Below are positions 56,249 through 64,000 of a stretch of DNA of 64,000 bases, piece after piece. The translations under genes and the position numbers were made by a program. Below the pieces are notes generated by a model. That model was not told the DNA's origin. It ran no database searches and was given only the letters and a program-made list of their open reading frames with translations. Origin of the DNA: Chrysomallon squamiferum (taxonomy: Eukaryota > Animalia > Mollusca); NCBI GenBank assembly GCA_012295275.1, contig CM022675.1, positions 6,324,001 to 6,388,000 of the forward strand, in the 5' to 3' direction. Position 1 is the stretch's first letter. Every line of letters begins with the position of its first letter.

Positions 56249-58496
56249 ATAAAACACCAATAATGGGAATTTCACTTTACATGATGTAATATTTTCATGA
56301 AAGATATGTATGTTTCCCAAGTAATTTTTCTCATACATATATAATTTCCTTTTTGACAAATGCGATGAAGAAAAATGCATTGTTTTTTTTTTTCCTTTAT
56401 TAATCGAAATGAAAATATAATTATTACTACTCATGATATGTGTGTGAGTGGGTTTGTGTGTCTGTCTGTGTGTGTCTTTCTACACAACGCGTGTGTTATT
56501 TTGTACATCTTTTTGTGCGGGAGAGAGAAACAAAATGTAGTCTGTGTTTTGAGTTTGATTTTTTATTATTTTCTTCATTAAATAAAAGTTGTTAACTTTG
56601 AAAGAAAATAGTACTCACTCTAAATGAGTCTTGGTTTCTTCTACACCACTGGTCTACAGAACTTGTCTAAAACTGCTCTGTTTCCGTCGTTGTGTAATGG
56701 TTTCTTATATTCTTTCAAACAACATTTAAATCCAGTCAGAATATCAGTTTATTACCCACATAACTCTCTAAACTAATATAATGCGTTTTAATCATTATAA
56801 AACTGATGTTTATGATGACAGAAGAAATATTTCATATACACTATTGTAGATCTTTTCATTATTATTAATTACTTTTCTTTTTACAATACCATCTAAAACT
56901 GTCAGTGAAAAGATGGAGTATTCATTTATTAATGTGGATTTATCACTGGATGTAGATATGTAATACTAAACGTATGAAAGTATGTGTGTCTGTGTATGTG
57001 CGTGTGCATGTAAATTTATACGTACCAAGGTAGGTAGGTATACAGATTAAACCTTTAAGACAACTAACAACATTTGTAAGAGAAATCACTTTTCATTATG
57101 AAGTAAATCTATGGCAATTGAAAACGATCTTCTGAAAAACTTACTATTGATGTTTTAGAGAAAATCCTAATTTAATTCACAGAGGAAATGTAGTTTTAAA
57201 TGTTGCTATTCTCTTGAAAATAAAATTATCTCTTACTTAACATATAACCCTTCGTTTTAAAATATCAATGTGGCACTCACAGTATCTACAGCCTAAGAAT
57301 GTACAAAATCCTCATCTTAATATTATAATACAGATTATTCGTAACACTAATAATCCCATTTACTGCAGGAAAATACAGCCAGTTGTGTGCTTAGTTGTAA
57401 ATTGTTAGATTCGGGCTTGGACCGAAGGGGAATTAACTCTAGCTGACTGGCCTGTCTATATACGCGCCACGTGCAAGAAATCAACCTGTTCCACTGCAGC
57501 GCCATTTCAGCCACTGCGGGAAAACATTCACACCCACCCACCAAATAAATATCAGTGTCATATTCATAATACTGCTGTCAAGTTCTTTCTGTTTTGCTGG
57601 GTTTACCAGCAACAGAATCCTGTCAAACACAGCATTAAGAGCCAGACTGACAAGATGCCACCATCACTGCCATCATGAGCAAGGACAACCGGTTGAAAAA
57701 TCAACAACAAATGGATATTTAATTTGTGCCACAACTCAAGTAAGTTTAATGGGGGCGGGTAATTTAATTTGTAACACTGATGGCGAAACCCCCGGGAGAG
57801 AACTACAGAGCTAAGGTTCTTATGGCCCAGGTAACAGCTTCCACCTACTGATTGAACTGTAGGAGGACGGGTTATTACCAAAGGATTCAGTGGCGTCTAC
57901 CAGAGGAATCTGCCACACATTCGGGGTCGAAGAGAAGTTTTCAGCCCAGCTACGAATTGCCGAGGGGGCAGGTAAGGTAATGTGGACATACTCGATCTTC
58001 GGGGCAAACCGTTTGGGGGTAAGACGAGTTACGCCCAAATACGTATTTTCTCGAGGGGGCTGGTTTAATTAGGGCAGTTACAGTTGGCTCTTGCCCAATG
58101 GAAAAATTTAAAGGCCAGGAGGCGTAAATATATATATATAAATGTATACCAGGTGGAACTGATGAGCGACATAATCTACCATGAGGACAGACAGTGTGTC
58201 TCAAGGGAGTCCTTGGTTATTAGTTTTGATCGGCTGCAGCCACCTTTTATCGAGAAACAAACCGTTTGGGGGTATTCATATAGATGTATTAATCTTATAT
58301 CCTCAAAGGTTTTTACCAAATCTAGTTTTTGGTATTTAGTTTGCTGAAAAAAAAAAATAAAAAAATAAAAAAATGGTAATAATAATGATAATAATTACAA
58401 GTGGAAGTAATGTACAAAAGGTTAATTCAAATCAGTTTTTTCTTTGTATAATGATGTTTTTAGTATATGAAAGTAAAATATTTAACATTTTTAACA

Positions 58497-58700
58497 CGGT
58501 TATAGGTACCACTGACCCGTACACTTACTCTTGCTGTGGATAAAATTACGTTTACTTTGACGCACTTCGGCACTATTCTATTCCGGTGGTTTCCTTTGTT
58601 ACTTGGTGTCCATGGAAACAATATGGAATGAGTCCTGCTCTAAAACTGAAACATTAAGGCCTTCCTCTGTCAGTGCAATATCATCTAAGATCGTTTACAA
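58497..58700 (+). pseudogene. Decayed paralog of the last Hint-gene exon (63683-63920)
   Basis: ggttataggtaccactgacccgtacacttactcttgctgtggat vs gggttgtacgttccactgactgatacaggaactcttgttgtggat; shared ttccggtggtttcctt, ccatgg.aacaa, ctaaaact, ccttcctctgtca. Confidence 0.8.
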
Positions 58701-58934
58701 ATTTTCATTTGCTATATGTCTGTTTCGATTCGTTTTGTTCCTATTTATAGTGTTGCATGTTATTATGGAAAACATGTTATGACTGATGTTATATTTATAT
58801 CTTTTCGTCACGTTGAAACATTCTGATCATTGTACTGATTAATTTATGTTATATAAAACTCGATGCTTTGATGTGTAGATAATGTATGCTGTATAAAACA
58901 CGATTCTATAATGTGTAGATAATTTATACTATAT

Positions 58935-59810
<876 letters not shown>

Positions 59811-60813
59811 AAATATAGTTTTAAATAAATATAAATGTAATTTATTTTAAAATATTACTAATGGCCTCAGAATGCCTGTAGCCTGTGTTTTAGATAGTCA
59901 TACATTTCTACACATGTCTAATAATATGAAAAATAACATTAAAAAAAAAACAATCTGCACTTTAACCTATACAAGAAATACTGATCGTGGAATATCGACG
60001 TCTGTGTTTTCTATTGTTTAGAACGAGCGACAGGTAAAAAAGTTTTTTTTTTCAAAAAAGCTGAATTAATATTGTATCTGTATTATTATTATAAATACAG
60101 GCTACCATTTGCTTTTTTACGACAGAATATTTTGTTTATTTATGTAAATTATTCTAAAATATTTACAGATATAATCGATTTTTTCCTTTCACATCTTGAT
60201 AGCTATGCAAATGTATGATGCACATCAGTTAAGCTATTTCGTGTATATTTATGACAGAGAGATCAAAACACAAAATAAATTATTAAAAACCTACACAATC
60301 AGATCAGAAAACAAACAAACAAAAACAAGTTGAGATGAAAAGTCTTGGCACTGTGGCGTATTCTGCTTTTTTGCTCCTACTTTTTCTACAAGGATATGTA
60401 GGTAATATTTGAGAGTTACTTTGGAATTTATGCTCGTTCTCTATCTCGATATATTTGTGTGTGTGTTTTGGATGTCTGTGTTTCTCTTGATATGTGAAGT
60501 AGTTGCTCATTCGGTATAACTAGTCTCCTCTGTTTTGTCTGTTCGACTGTCTGTATAGTTGTTTGTTTGTTCTTTTTCTTCTCTTTTTATTTTTTATTTT
60601 TTTTACTTTTGTTTTTACGGGGGAGGAGAGTTTCTTTTTTCTTTTTCTTTTTTTTTCTTTTCCCTTTTTTTATGATAACTAGATACAAAGATTATAGTAC
60701 GTATCTTAAAATGTGCATATCAATATAAACATCATATTAGCCAGCGGGAAAGCAGAAATAAATAAACGTTTTAATTCTCTTTGGTATATGCCTCATTCAT
60801 TACAATACAGAGA

Positions 60814-61023
60814 ATGGAAAACAGGGACATGTTTTTGTCCCTCGTCGTATGTCTCTAAACTGTAACCCACAGTCCAGCGCAAAGTTTAAAAACCTGTGCG
60901 GTTAACCGTATTAATGTATTTCCCGTTCAAACGAGGCTTCACAGCTTCTCAATAAGTGGCCGTATTTATAAAAGATCACTGTCTGCGTAGTTCACGAGAT
61001 GCGTTTCGAGATGCACAACAACA
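60814..61023 (+). other. Candidate first coding exon (signal-peptide-like) of the Hint gene, interrupted by stops
   Basis: TACAG|AGA ATG: MENRDMFLSLVVCL*TVTHSPAQSLKTC...; in-frame stops and a weak donor. Confidence 0.3.
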
Positions 61024-61179
61024 GTTTGTTAAATATTCATTTACTCTCTGTTAGTTTTTTTTTTTTTCTTATTCCCTTTTCATTCTTCCTCCAATTTGTT
61101 TTGTTTTTTATCTTACTTTACATTAGTTCTCATAGTTCTTATTATGTCTCTGATTTCCTGACTGTTTGCCTTACAGTTT

Positions 61180-61330
<151 letters not shown>

Positions 61331-61395
61331 GTACTTCTATTTTGAACATTTTTTCTACTGAGAAACATGATTCACTGACCATATTTTTGTTCCAG

Positions 61396-63907
<2,512 letters not shown>

Positions 63908-63947
63908 TAACTAAATTTGTTTTCACTCTTTTTCTTTTTTGTTATTT

Positions 63948-63998
<51 letters not shown>

Positions 63999-64000
63999 TT

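Noticed and set aside
56030-58200. ctgatgag cores near 56036 and 58159 as hammerhead ribozymes
   Set aside because: No stem II followed by GAAA, stem III and a cleavage triplet

Overview
AT-rich, microsatellite-dense animal genomic DNA with GT-AG introns; a lophotrochozoan/mollusc origin is plausible from the gene families but is inference only. Most ORF-track entries are translations of simple repeats. Supportable content: (1) a broken contactin-like FN3 pseudogene on the minus strand (7 exons, 1463-4341), with an inverted exon copy and its terminal exons 47 kb away (about 48100-48743); (2) three tandem copies of a TRIM-like coiled-coil plus NHL/beta-propeller gene lacking RING and B-box (two intact, about 434 aa, one frameshifted), in 10-15 kb duplicated units with decayed LINE fragments and 43-bp minisatellites, plus an orphan decayed RING exon; (3) a decayed Tc1 (DD34E) transposon with TIRs and TA target duplication; (4) a small minus-strand gene for a secreted protein with two CxxxC motifs, inside a large inverted duplication; (5) a multi-exon hedgehog-type Hint gene whose N-terminal part is a short Cys-rich peptide rather than a Hedge domain, with altered sterol-ligation residues, a frameshifted tail and decayed duplicate exons. 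All translations and alignments were done by eye, so coordinates marked approximate may be off by several bases.
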